From: Anaeromyxobacter sp.
GTDB lineage: Bacteria; Myxococcota; Myxococcia; Myxococcales; Anaeromyxobacteraceae
Direction of reading: 5' to 3'
DNA length: 64,000 nt
Assembly (NCBI GenBank): GCA_049840735.1
Contig: JASGJN010000022.1
Location: forward strand, 160,001-224,000
The position numbers and the translations under genes are program-made. Below the pieces are notes generated by a model. It saw nothing but the letters and a program-made list of their open reading frames with translations. It was not told where the DNA came from and searched no databases. Positions 35,241-46,896 of this stretch are shown piece after piece (position 1 is the first letter of the stretch; every line of letters starts with the position of its first letter).

Positions 35241-35505
35241 CTAGGCCGGCGGCTCCGCCGTGTCCTGCTCCAGCTCGGTCGAGTCCGGGCTGGCCAGCAC
35301 CTCGCGCGCCTTCTCGGCCTCGTCGGCCGAGACCAGCAGCGCCAGGCCGCCGTTCGCGAGCGCCACCGGCGGCAGCAGCGACGCCAGCGGCTTGTCCTGC
35401 ACCACCGCCTCGAATCCCCTCCGCGTCGAGCAGCATGCGCGCCACTTCCGCCTCGGAGAGGTTCTCGAAGGTCGCGATGGCCACCAGGTCCCGGTCGTCG
35501 AGCAT
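35241..35505 (-). CDS. DUF2007-like small protein (apparent +1 error at 35412-35416 GAATC)
   Basis: Restored: LVAIATFENLSEAEVARMLLDAEGIEAVVQD..GGLALLVSADEAEKAREVL. Confidence 0.8.
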
Positions 35506-35645
35506 GGGCTGCCTCCTGCCCATCGTCCACCCGGGGGCGTCGATCGGGGCACCCCGGGCCACCCCTCCGCACGGGGCGTGTCCAGCCGGTAGCGGCCGCA
35601 GCCGAATCCGTTGCCCGCCGCCCAGCGCGCGACCATGCAAGCGGG

Positions 35646-36170
35646 ATGACCAATCTCGCCCGCCTGCCCGCGCGCGATGAGCAGGGCGCGATCCGCGTCG
35701 TCATCGAGTCGCCCCGCGGCGCCACCGTGAAGCTCAAGTACGACACCGGCCTCGGCGTGATGACCGTGTCGCGCCCCCTGCCGCTCGGCCTCTCCTACCC
35801 GTACGACTGGGGCTTCGTGCCCGGCACCCGCGCGCCCGACGGCGACCCCGTGGATGCGCTCGTCTACTGGGACGTGCCCAGCTACCCCGGCGTGGTCGTC
35901 CCCTGCCGCGCCATCGGCGTGGTGCGGCTCGAGCAGGACTCGAAGACCAACGGGCGCGTGCGCAACGACCGGATCCTCGCCGTGCCCGTGAAGCACCCCC
36001 GCGGCGACGGCCTCGAGTCGCCGGACGACCTGCCCGCCCGCGTGCGCGACGAGATCGCCCAGTTCTTCCTGTCCGCGATCTTCTTCGTGCCAAAGAACCC
36101 CGCCCTGCTCGGCTGGGGTGGGCCCGAGGAGGCCGCGCTACTGGTGGACGGCAGCGCCGGAAGCCCCTGA
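35646..36170 (+). CDS. ppa: Inorganic pyrophosphatase (family I)
   Basis: VVIESPRG..KLKYD, YPYDWGFVPGT..PDGDPVD, RNDRILAVP. Confidence 0.88.
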   Translation: MTNLARLPARDEQGAIRVVIESPRGATVKLKYDTGLGVMTVSRPLPLGLSYPYDWGFVPGTRAPDGDPVDALVYWDVPSYPGVVVPCRAIGVVRLEQDSKTNGRVRNDRILAVPVKHPRGDGLESPDDLPARVRDEIAQFFLSAIFFVPKNPALLGWGGPEEAALLVDGSAGSP

Positions 36171-36270
36171 ACGGTCAACGTTCGTTGACCTGCGCCAGAT
36201 CAGAATCGGCCCCCGCCCGCGATCGCATGCTTCCAGATCGGCGCCAGGTCGGCGCCAGGAGCCAGCGGAC

Positions 36271-36672
36271 ATGATCGAGTGGACCCCGGATCTGGCGGTC
36301 GGCATCGACGAGATCGACGCCCAGCACCAGGAGCTGTACCGCCGCGCGGAGCGGTTCATCACCGGCCTCTCGGAGTCCAACCGCCAGGACGTCGGCATCC
36401 TGCTGTCGTACCTCCGCCTTTACTGCGTCACGCACTTCGGGGCCGAGGAGGCCTGGATGCGCGACATCGGCTACCCCGGCTACGACCAGCACAAGGCCGA
36501 GCACGACGGCTTCGTCGAGCACCTGCTGCAGCTCTCCGCCGAGCACGAGCGGCGCGGCGCGCCCGGGCTGCAGCCCATGCGCGTCGGCAGCTGGCTCTCG
36601 CGCTGGCTCGAGACGCACGTCTCCGGGACCGACAAGGCCTTCGCCCAGTTCGTGCTGGCAAGAAGCGCGTAG
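36271..36672 (+). CDS. Bacteriohemerythrin
   Basis: WTPDLAVGIDEIDAQHQEL, HFGAEE, HKAEH, WLETHVSGTD. Confidence 0.92.
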   Translation: MIEWTPDLAVGIDEIDAQHQELYRRAERFITGLSESNRQDVGILLSYLRLYCVTHFGAEEAWMRDIGYPGYDQHKAEHDGFVEHLLQLSAEHERRGAPGLQPMRVGSWLSRWLETHVSGTDKAFAQFVLARSA

Positions 36673-36787
36673 CGCGGGCCGCAGCCCCGGCGACGCTTCC
36701 GGATCACGCCCGCGATCTCACCCGGCCCGCCCAGGCCCTCGCACCGCGCGTGCGCAGGGCGCCGCCCCGGGCTACGCTTCCCGCGCC

Positions 36788-37891
36788 ATGACCCTGGCCG
36801 ACCGGATCGCGCCCATGCTGCGCCCCGCCGGCGGCGGCGTGCACCTCGTCTCCACCGGGAAGGCCGAGCAGCAGGCGCTGCAGCGGCAGCTCTACGGCGC
36901 GGCCGACGAGGCCCAGGTGGCCGCGCGCTGGCGCGAGGACCTGGCGCGCGCCGCCACCGCCCGCGCCGTGCTGCTCGGGATCCCCTCCGACGTCGGCGGC
37001 GGGTTCCAGCGCGGCGCCAACCTCGGCCCCGCCGCCATCCGCGCCCACCTGGCCGCGCACGAGGCCGGGCGGCTCGAGCGGGCCCGCCGGGCCGGGCTGG
37101 TCAATCTCGGCGACGTCTTCGTGGTGCCGCAGCTCCTGCACGACGAGATGCTGGCCAGCGCCCAGCTGGCCGCCTCGCGCCGGGCGCTCTACCCCGACCT
37201 CCCCGAGGCCGCCCGCGAGGCGCTGCCCGTCTCGCCGCTCTCCATCGCCGAGCGGGTGCTGGGCGAGGTGCTGGCGGTGAACCCTGAGGCCAAGGTCTTC
37301 GCGCTGGGCGGCGATCACTCGGCCGCCTGGCCGGCGGTGAAGGCGCTGGCCGCCGCGCGCCCCGACCTCGGCGTCGTGCAGATCGACGCCCACACCGACC
37401 TGCTGGCCGAGCGGCTGGGCGTCCGCTACTGCTTCGGCACCTGGTCCTTCCACGCCAACGAGCTGCTCGGGCGCGGGGGGCGGCTGGTGCAGGTCGGCAT
37501 CCGCGCCTCCGGCCGCGACCGCGCGCACTGGGAGTCCACCCTGGGCGTGCGCCAGTTCTGGGCCGCCGAGGTGAACCGCGCGCCGGGCGCCGCGCTGGAC
37601 GGGATCGTGGACGCGGTGAAGCGGAGCGGCGCACGGGCGGTCTACTTCTCGAACGACATCGACGGCACCGACCAGGCGCACGCCGACGCCACCGGCACGC
37701 CCGAGCCGGGCGGCCTCGAGCCTGGGCTGGTGCTGGCGCTGATCGAGCGGCTGGGGCGCGAGGTCGGCCTGTGCGGCGGCGACGTGATGGAGGTGGCGCC
37801 CGGGATCGCGCGCACGCCGGAGGGCGGGCCCCGCACCGTGGGGCTGGCCGCCCGCTACCTGCTGGCGACGATCGACGCGGCGCTGCGCTAG
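36788..37891 (+). CDS. Arginase/agmatinase family ureohydrolase
   Basis: GGDHS, DAHTD, SNDIDGTD, TGTPEPGG. Confidence 0.9.
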   Translation: MTLADRIAPMLRPAGGGVHLVSTGKAEQQALQRQLYGAADEAQVAARWREDLARAATARAVLLGIPSDVGGGFQRGANLGPAAIRAHLAAHEAGRLERARRAGLVNLGDVFVVPQLLHDEMLASAQLAASRRALYPDLPEAAREALPVSPLSIAERVLGEVLAVNPEAKVFALGGDHSAAWPAVKALAAARPDLGVVQIDAHTDLLAERLGVRYCFGTWSFHANELLGRGGRLVQVGIRASGRDRAHWESTLGVRQFWAAEVNRAPGAALDGIVDAVKRSGARAVYFSNDIDGTDQAHADATGTPEPGGLEPGLVLALIERLGREVGLCGGDVMEVAPGIARTPEGGPRTVGLAARYLLATIDAALR

Positions 37892-38202
37892 GCCGAGCCG
37901 GCCGTCGGCTTCCGGCCGACGAGCCGGCCGAAGATCGCGCTCACGCCCGCGCCGATGGTGCCGCCCACCACCGCGAAGAGCGAGCCGACCGCGGCGATGC
38001 CCACGAACTTCCCGAACCAGAGCAGGGCCACGCCCACCGCGGCGCCCTCCGCCGGCGCGCCCAGGATCCCCTCCGCCAGCAGCTTGCCGGCGTACTCGCC
38101 GAAGTAGAGGGCGGCCCGCAGGCCCACGAAGGCGAAGACCACCAGCGCGATGAGGGCGCCGATGAACGAGGCGAGGCGGTGCTTCTTGTGGGTCGGATCC
38201 AT
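37888..38202 (-). CDS. Small membrane protein
   Basis: RBS GGAGGAG + ATG; hydrophobic Gly-rich helices. Confidence 0.65.
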   Translation of the reverse strand: MDPTHKKHRLASFIGALIALVVFAFVGLRAALYFGEYAGKLLAEGILGAPAEGAAVGVALLWFGKFVGIAAVGSLFAVVGGTIGAGVSAIFGRLVGRKPTAGSA

Positions 38203-38356
38203 GGTGGTGCGCTCCTCCGGTGGGCCGGGTCCACCGCCCGAGCGGCGGGAGAGGCCCAGGGCCCGGGCAGTTTGCCACGGAGGGCCCCCTGGCGCCGAGA
38301 GGCCCGGCCCGGGGCCGCGCGACCCCACCCCCCGGGCCCCGTGTTAACTTCCGCCG

Positions 38357-39403
38357 GTGAACGCCTTCAAGCCACACCTCGCCACCGTCGCCGACTACCC
38401 GTACGCCAAGGTGGACGCGCGGGTGAAGCTGGACCAGAACGAGAGCCCCGAGGACCTCCCCGCCGACCTGAAGGCCCGCGCCCTGGAGCGGCTGGCCCGG
38501 ATCCCCTGGAACCGCTACCCCGAGCTGCACGCCGAGGACGTGCGGGCGGCGGTGGCGGCGCACGAGGGCTGGCCGGAGGAGGGCATCGTCCTCGCCCCCG
38601 GCTCCAACTTCTTCTGCCTGGCGCTGGCCGTGGCCTGCCGGTCGGTGCTCGATACCGTGCCCGCCTTCCCGTACTACAAGGGCGGCGCCCAGGCCGCCGG
38701 CACGCCCTGGCGCGGCGTGCCGCTGGGGCCGGACTTCTCGCTCCCCGTGGCGGCGCTGGAGGCCGCGCTGGACGAGGGGCCGCCCGGCGCCTTCTTCCTC
38801 CCCAACCCGCACGCGCCCACCGGCCGGCTCTTCGAGACCGGCGAGGTGGAGCGGCTGGCCCGCCGGGCCGCCGATCGCGGCTGGGTGATGGTGATCGACG
38901 AGGCCTACCAGCTCTTCTCCGGCACCGACGCGCGGCCGCTGGCCCGCGCCTTCCCCAACGTCGCGGTGCTGCGGACCTTCTCCAAGGGCTGGTGCCTGGG
39001 CGGCGTCCGCGCCGGCTACCTGCTCACCTCGCCGAAGGTGGCCAGCGTGGTGCGCGCCTGCCTGCCGCCGTTCTGCATCCCGGCCCACACCGCCGCCATC
39101 CTGCTCACCGCGCTGGAGGCCCCCGGCTTCCGCGCCGCGATGGGCGAGCGGATCCGGGCCGGCCGGCAGCAGCTGGCCGAGGGGCTGGCCGGCCACCGCA
39201 GCTGGCGCGCCTTCCCGTCGGCCGCGAACTACCTGCTGGTCCGGACGCCGGACGCCAAGGCCGCCTACGACCACCTGCTCTCGCGCGGCATCCTGGTGCG
39301 CCGCCAGGATCACTACGCCGGCCTGCAGGGCTGCATCCGCATCTCGGTGGGCACGCCGGAGGAGAACGCGGCGCTGCTGGCGGCTGCGAAGGACGCGCCG
39401 TAG
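38357..39403 (+). CDS. hisC: Histidinol-phosphate aminotransferase
   Basis: KLDQNESP, NRYP, PNPHAPTG, IDEAY, LRTFSK, RISVGTPEEN. Confidence 0.88.
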   Translation: MNAFKPHLATVADYPYAKVDARVKLDQNESPEDLPADLKARALERLARIPWNRYPELHAEDVRAAVAAHEGWPEEGIVLAPGSNFFCLALAVACRSVLDTVPAFPYYKGGAQAAGTPWRGVPLGPDFSLPVAALEAALDEGPPGAFFLPNPHAPTGRLFETGEVERLARRAADRGWVMVIDEAYQLFSGTDARPLARAFPNVAVLRTFSKGWCLGGVRAGYLLTSPKVASVVRACLPPFCIPAHTAAILLTALEAPGFRAAMGERIRAGRQQLAEGLAGHRSWRAFPSAANYLLVRTPDAKAAYDHLLSRGILVRRQDHYAGLQGCIRISVGTPEENAALLAAAKDAP

Positions 39404-39538
39404 GCGGCGCCCGTCATGGTTCGACTCCGGCCGGCCTGGGCAGGGCCGGCCGGTTCGACCGCCGGCCTACGCTGCTCGGAAATGCCGGATCGAGAAGCGA
39501 GCCTGTCTCCGGGCGAGAGGACCAGCGAGAACGCCTGT

Positions 39539-39586
39539 CCTTCGACTCCGCGCCCGCTGCGCGGGCGCTACGCTCAGGACGAACGG
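39539..39586 (+). repeat. REP-like palindromic repeat (degenerate copy also near 39420-39472)
   Basis: CCTTCGACTCCG-CGCCCGC TGC GCGGGCG-CTACGCTCAGGACGAACGG. Confidence 0.85.
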
Positions 39587-39685
39587 TTCCTGCGGCGCGC
39601 GCGCTCGAGCCTTGTTCCGCAGGCATTTCATCACGAGCGGGAGGCGAGGCGCGCGCCGCGCCTCTCCCGAGGCCTGAGGCCGCCT

Positions 39686-41096
39686 CTACTCCAGCAGCCC
39701 CTTCACCGCCTCGACCACGCCGTCGCGCGCGACCAGCTGCTGCTGCTGGGCGGCCATGATCTTCACCGCCACCTGGCCGTCGGCCTTCTCCTTCTCGCCC
39801 ACGAAGACCGCCAGCTGGACCTTGCGGGCCTCGGCGTACTGGAGCTGCTTCCCCAGCTTGTCGGCGCTGGGGTAGAGCTCGGTCCGGACGCCGGCGGCGC
39901 GCAGGGCGGCCGCCAGCTGCAGGGCGTCGGAGGTGGTGGAGTCCTCGAGGCGCAGCACCATCACCTGCGCGGCGGCGGAGAGGTCGGGGAACATCTTCCG
40001 CTCCGCCATCACCACCAGGATCCGCTCCAGCCCCAGCGAGAAGCCCACCGCCGGGACCGGCTGCTTGAGGAACATGCCGATGAGCTCGTCGTAGCGGCCG
40101 CCGCCGCCGAGCGAGCCGGCCAGGTCGGGGACCTGCACCTCGTAGATGGGGCCGGTGTAGTAGGAGAGCCCGCGCGCCAGGCTGGGGTCGAGCGAGAGCC
40201 GCCTGCCGCAGGGCGTGCCGGCGGAGAGCGCCAGCATGCGCCGCAGCTCCTCCACGCCGCGCGTGCCGTTGGCCGAGCCCTGCACCGCGACCGCCAGCCG
40301 GTCCAGCACCTCGCCCGCCTCACCGGAGGCGGAGAGGGCGATTCTCAAGCAGCTTGGCCGCCGCGGCCGGCGCCACGCCGCGCTGCTCCAGCGCCGCCTG
40401 GACCTCGGCGGGCGGCACCTTGCCCAGCTTGTCCAGCTCGGTGATGGCCAGCACCTCGTGCTCCACCGGGATGCCCGCCGCCTCGATCACGCCGCGCAGC
40501 AGCGCCCGGTGGTTGAGCCGGATCCGGTAGTCGTCGAAGCCCAGGCGGTCCAGCACCTCGCAGACCGCGCTGGCCACCTCGACCTCGCACACCAGGTCCT
40601 TGGAGCCGACGATGTCCACGTCGCACTGGTAGAACTCGCGGAAGCGGCCGGCCGCCGGCCGGTCGGCCCGCCAGACCGGCTGGATCTGGTAGCGCTTGAA
40701 GAACTTCGGCAGCTTCGACTGGTACTCCGCCACCACGCGCGCCAGCGGCACGGTCAGGTCGTAGCGGAGCGCGCTGTCCGCCAGCGAAAGCTCGTCCCTC
40801 TTGAAGGTGGCCCGGGCCTCGTCGGCCGAGGCGGCGGCCGGCTGGCCGCGCACCTTGTCCAGCGACCGGCCCAGCTCGGCCCCGCGGTGCAGGATGCGGA
40901 AGATGAGCTGGTCGCCCTCGTCGCCGTACTTGCCGAGCAGCGTCTCCAGCCGCTCCATGGCCGGCGTCTCCAGCGGCTCGAAGCCGTAGCGGCCGTAGAC
41001 GTCGCGGACCACCTGCAGCACGTGCTCGCGGCGGCGCACGTCCTCGGGCAGGAAGTCGCGGGAGCCCTTCAGCGGGGCGGTGTTCTCCTTGGCCAT
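39686..41096 (-). CDS. hisS: Histidine--tRNA ligase (apparent +1 error at 40340-40344 GATTC)
   Basis: KGSRDFLP, LRYDLTVPLAR, VWRADRP..GRFREFYQCD, LARGLSYYTG, GGGRYD, GFSLGLER. Confidence 0.95.
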
Positions 41097-41181
41097 GTCG
41101 ATGCTCCTCCAGCGGGAGGCGCATGCTAGCCGAAGTCGGCGGCGTTTGCGCGCGACCCAGCGCCTTCGCTGGAGCGGCCGG

Positions 41182-41217
41182 CCTTCGACTCCGCCTGCCC
41201 TGAGCCTGCCGAAGGGC
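41182..41217. repeat. REP-like palindrome variant
   Basis: CCTTCGACTCCG..CCTGAGCCTGCCGAAGGG. Confidence 0.6.
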
Positions 41218-41259
41218 CCAGGCTGACCGGACCCGGTGGGCCGTGTCCCTTGGCAGCTG

Positions 41260-42813
41260 CTACCCCTTCCACCCCCGCACGAACTCCACCAGCGTGCGCA
41301 GCGCGAAGCCGGTGCCGCCGGTGGCGATGTAGCCCCGCTCCTTGCCGGTGTGCGACGGGCCGGCGATGTCGAGGTGGGCCCAGGGCACTTCCTTCGCGAA
41401 CTTCTTGAGGAACAGGGCCGCCGCGATGGCGCCGCCCCAGCGCTCGCCGGTGTTCTTCATGTCGGCGCGATCGCTCTTGAGGTTCTCCTCGCAGACCTCG
41501 GTCAGCGGCAGCCGCCACACGTCCTCGCCGGCCGCGCGCGCGGCCGAGAGCACGCCCTCCACCACCGCGCCGTCCGGGCCGAACAGGCCGGCGGTGGTGT
41601 TGCCCAGCGCCACCATGCAGGCGCCGGTCAGCGTGGCCACGTCGATCATGGCGGCGGGCTGGAAGGTCTTGCCCGCCCAGGCCAGCACGTCGCCCAGCAC
41701 CAGCCGCCCCTCGGCGTCGGTGTTGGTGATCTCCACCGTCTGGCCGTCGAACGCGGTCAGCACGTCGGAGGGCTTGTAGGCCTTGCCGCCGGGCATGTTC
41801 TCGCAGGCGCCCAGCACGGCGTGGACCGGGAAGGGCGGCGCCAGCTCGGCGATCACCCTCATGGCGCCCAGCACCGCGGCGCTGCCGGCCATGTCGCTGT
41901 GCATGGTGACCATGCTCTCGGTGGGCTTGAGCGAGAGGCCGCCGGAGTCGAAGGTGATGGCCTTGCCCACCAGCACCACCGGCGCCCTCTTCGCCGCCGC
42001 CCCCTTGGGCAGGTAGCTCACCCGCACCAGCCGCGGCGGCTCGGCCGAGCCGCGGGTCACGCCCAGGAAGAGCCCCATGCGCAGCGCCTGGATCTCGCGC
42101 GGCCCGCGCACCTCCACCTGCAGCCCGGCCTCCTTCGCCAGCGCGGTGGCCGCGCCGGCCAGCAGCTCCGGCGTGCAGTCGGCCGGCCCCAGGTTGACGA
42201 GGTCGCGGGCCCAGCCCACCGCGCCGGCCAGCGCGCTGCCCAGCTCGGCCGCGGCGCGGACGTCGGCCGCCTTCTCCAGGCCGGCCGGGACGGCCACCGC
42301 CAGCGCCGCCAGCCCCTGCCCCCGCTTCTCCGCGACGGTGCGGTAGCGGTCGAAGCTGTAGGCGCCCAGGAGCGCCCCCTCCACCAGCGCGCGCACCGCG
42401 CCGGCCAGCTGGTCCGCCTCCACCGCCGGCGGCGCCAGCGCCAGCGCGCGCCCGCCGGAGCGGGCCGCGGCGCGGGCCACCTTGCCGGCCGCCATGCGCA
42501 GCGGCTCGAAGCCGGCCCGGGCCGCCTCGACCAGCCGCGCCCTCGACCCGAGCCCCATCAGCACCACGCGGCGGGCCGGCAGCCGGCCCAGCGGCGTGAG
42601 CACCAGCTCCTGCCCGGCCTTGCCCTCGAACTTCTCGGCCTTGGCGGCCGCCCGCGCCGCGCCCTCCAGCGCGGCGTCGAGCGCCTTGAGCCAGCCGCCG
42701 CCGGCGCCGCGCAGCTCCTCCTCCAGGACCGGCAGGGCCAGCGTGTCCGCCTCGACCTCCAGCGCCGGGGTGCCCGTGACCTTCACCGCCGTCCCGCTCT
42801 TGCCGCGCGCCAT
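41260..42813 (-). CDS. pepA: Leucyl aminopeptidase (M17)
   Basis: VGKAITFDSGG, DMAGSA, NTDAEGRLVL, ATLTGAC, WAHLDIAG. Confidence 0.95.
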   Translation of the reverse strand: MARGKSGTAVKVTGTPALEVEADTLALPVLEEELRGAGGGWLKALDAALEGAARAAAKAEKFEGKAGQELVLTPLGRLPARRVVLMGLGSRARLVEAARAGFEPLRMAAGKVARAAARSGGRALALAPPAVEADQLAGAVRALVEGALLGAYSFDRYRTVAEKRGQGLAALAVAVPAGLEKAADVRAAAELGSALAGAVGWARDLVNLGPADCTPELLAGAATALAKEAGLQVEVRGPREIQALRMGLFLGVTRGSAEPPRLVRVSYLPKGAAAKRAPVVLVGKAITFDSGGLSLKPTESMVTMHSDMAGSAAVLGAMRVIAELAPPFPVHAVLGACENMPGGKAYKPSDVLTAFDGQTVEITNTDAEGRLVLGDVLAWAGKTFQPAAMIDVATLTGACMVALGNTTAGLFGPDGAVVEGVLSAARAAGEDVWRLPLTEVCEENLKSDRADMKNTGERWGGAIAAALFLKKFAKEVPWAHLDIAGPSHTGKERGYIATGGTGFALRTLVEFVRGWKG

Positions 42814-42917
42814 CGTCCGTCGCCTCCGTGGTGTGGAGACGGTGAACTAACACGGGCGCGGCCGGCGCGCGCGCGCCCGGGAGGGCGATTCCCCCGGCTT
42901 CTCCAGCGATCGCCCGG

Positions 42918-42955
42918 TTGACGCCGGCGGGTGAGGGTATTACCTACGAAAGTAA
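42918..42955 (+). promoter_or_regulatory. Probable TA promoter/operator
   Basis: TTGACG at 42918-42923; AT-rich TTAC-N8-GTAA inverted repeat at 42940-42955. Confidence 0.5.
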
Positions 42956-42972
42956 GAAACGGAGACTCCTCG

Positions 42973-43206
42973 ATGCGCATCACGGCCAAGGGGCAGGTGA
43001 CCATCCCGGTGGAGATCCGCGAGAAGCTGGGCCTCCTTCCCAACACCGAGGTCGAGTTCGAGCTGGACGGGAAGGGTGTACGCATCCGGCGGGCCAAGGA
43101 GAGCCGCAAGGCCAGCCGAGGTGCGGCTGCCGTCGCCCGGCTCCGAGGCCGCGGCACGGTCCGGATGAGCACCGACGAGATCATGGCGCTGACCCGGGGC
43201 GAGTGA
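42973..43206 (+). CDS. vapB: AbrB/MazE-type antitoxin (VapB)
   Basis: MRITAKGQVTIPVEIREKLGL; overlaps the toxin start (TGATG). Confidence 0.9.
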   Translation: MRITAKGQVTIPVEIREKLGLLPNTEVEFELDGKGVRIRRAKESRKASRGAAAVARLRGRGTVRMSTDEIMALTRGE

Positions 43207-43608
43207 TGGCCGTCCTGGTCGACAGCAACGTCCTCATCGACATCGCCACCGAGGACCCGGCGTGGGGCGAATGGTCCGCGCGAGCCCTCGAGCGTGCCGC
43301 CGACGAGACCGCCCTCGTCATCAACCCCATCATCTTCGCGGAGGTCTCCGTCAGGTTCGAACGGATTCGAGGAGCTCGAGGAGGTCCTTCCTCCCGAGGT
43401 CTTCCGCCGTGAGGCGCTGCCGTACCAGGCAGCGTTCCTGGCCGGGAAGAGCTTCCTCGCCTACCGGCGCCACGGCGGTCAGCGCCCTGCCCCCCTCCCC
43501 GACTTCTACATCGGGGCGCACGCCGCCGTGGCAGGCCACCAGCTGCTCACCCGGGACGCTACCCGCTACCGGACCTACTTCCCGCGGCTGGCGCTCATCG
43601 CGCCCTGA
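43206..43608 (+). CDS. vapC: PIN-domain VapC toxin (apparent +1 error at 43364-43368 GATTC)
   Basis: VLVDSNVLID, INPIIFAEVS, PDFYIGAHA, LLTRD. Confidence 0.9.
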
Positions 43609-43670
43609 GACGGCTGGCGACGCGATCCGCTGCGTCTACCGCGCCCGCTAGCGCGAGCCGGCGACCCGCC

Positions 43671-45416
<1,746 letters not shown>

Positions 45417-45477
45417 GGACGCCGGATTGTACCCTGGTCCGGGGACCAGGCCGTGACGTGAGGGGAAATCCTACCGT

Positions 45478-46647
45478 TCACCACCCCTGCGCCGCCGCCG
45501 GCCGCGCCCCCACCGCCGCCTGGAGCGCCCGCTCCAGCCGCTCCGCCACGTGGCTCCAGAGGAACCGGCTGGCCACCCGGGCCCGGCCCGCCGCCCCCAT
45601 GCGCCGGGCGCGGAGCGGATCGGCCACCAGCCGCGCCAGCGCCGAGGCCAGCGCCACCGGATCGCCGGGCGGCACCAAGAGCCCGGTCTCGCCGTCGGCC
45701 ACGATCTCCGGCACCGCCTCGACGCGGGTGGCCACGCAGGGCACGCCGCAGGCCATGGCGTCCAGGTAGGCGATGCCGAACGGCTCGCGCAGCGTGGGGA
45801 CGCAGAGGACGCTGGCCTGGGAGAAGAGCCCGGGCAGCTCCTCCAGCGGCACCGGCCCCAGGTGGAAGGCGTTCTCCGGCAGAGGCGGCGGCCGGGGCGG
45901 CCCGGCGATCAGCAGCCGCGCCTTGGGGTGCTGGCGGCGCAGGCGCACGAAGGCGTCCAGCAGCACCGTCCCGCCCTTGCGCGTGAAGTCCTTGCCGGCG
46001 AAGAGGATGGTCCGGCCGTCGTCGCGCCGCGGCGCCCGGGCCGGGAAGACGTTGGCGCCGGCGCCCACCACCCGCACGCGCGCCGGGTCCACGCCGTAGT
46101 CGCGCAGCAGCGAGCCGGCCACGTGCTCGGAGAAGGTCGCGATCAGCGCCGCGCCGCGGTAGGCCTGCGCCTCTCGCCGGCGCCAGCCCTCGCCGTAGTC
46201 GGCCGGCGCCGGGAGGCCCGCCTGCGGCCAGGCCGGGCCGCGCATGCCCAGCGCGCGGGTGTGGTCGAGCAGCAGCGCGTAGGGGAAGGGCGGCGGCAGC
46301 CCGGGCGCGAAGAGCGCGCCGTTCTGGAGCACGATGTCCGGCGCCGGCCGCATGGTGCGCAAGAGCTGCCCGGCGCGGCGCGAGTGGGCGTCCCAGGCGA
46401 AGGTGGTGTTCCAGCGGTGCTGCAGGGCCTGCCGGCCGAAGCGGACGGCGGCGAGCGCCAGGTGGGCGAGCACCAGCGGGTGCGGGCGGGGCCGGCGCGA
46501 GGTCGCGTCGCGCGGCTCCAGCTCCCCGGTGGCGGCCACCAGCCGCAGGTCGTGGCCGCGCTCCACCAGCGCGCGCGCCACCGCGCCCGTGACGCCGCTC
46601 TGGGCGCCGTAGTGGACGTAGGCGATGTCGAGCCGGCCTGGGCGCAT
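45478..46647 (-). CDS. Glycosyltransferase family 4
   Basis: FAGKDFTRKG, EPFGIAYLDAMACGVP, VPEIVADGETGLLVPP. Confidence 0.9.
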   Translation of the reverse strand: MRPGRLDIAYVHYGAQSGVTGAVARALVERGHDLRLVAATGELEPRDATSRRPRPHPLVLAHLALAAVRFGRQALQHRWNTTFAWDAHSRRAGQLLRTMRPAPDIVLQNGALFAPGLPPPFPYALLLDHTRALGMRGPAWPQAGLPAPADYGEGWRRREAQAYRGAALIATFSEHVAGSLLRDYGVDPARVRVVGAGANVFPARAPRRDDGRTILFAGKDFTRKGGTVLLDAFVRLRRQHPKARLLIAGPPRPPPLPENAFHLGPVPLEELPGLFSQASVLCVPTLREPFGIAYLDAMACGVPCVATRVEAVPEIVADGETGLLVPPGDPVALASALARLVADPLRARRMGAAGRARVASRFLWSHVAERLERALQAAVGARPAAAQGW

Positions 46648-46769
46648 CCGCTCCCCCCGGCCAGAAAGGTGCGGCCCGGGGGCGAGGAGGGGAAGCCGTG
46701 TGGGGCTCGCGCCCGGGGGACGGGCGGGGAGGCGGGCGGTCCGGGGGCGCGGGCGACAGGGACCCCTGG

Positions 46770-46809
46770 CCTTCGACTTCGGGCCTGCAGGCGCAGGCCC
46801 TACGCTCAG
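46770..46809 (+). repeat. REP-like repeat, left part, interrupted by the IS
   Basis: CCTTCGACTTCG-hairpin-CTACGCTCAG; the remainder GCCGAACGG resumes at 48239. Confidence 0.85.
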
Positions 46810-46896
46810 ATGGAATGAAGCGGCTGGCCTCCACCTCGGGGTGGTGGCACGAATGCCCCACAACGCGGTCAGAGCCGCAGAGAGTGGAGACCAGCC

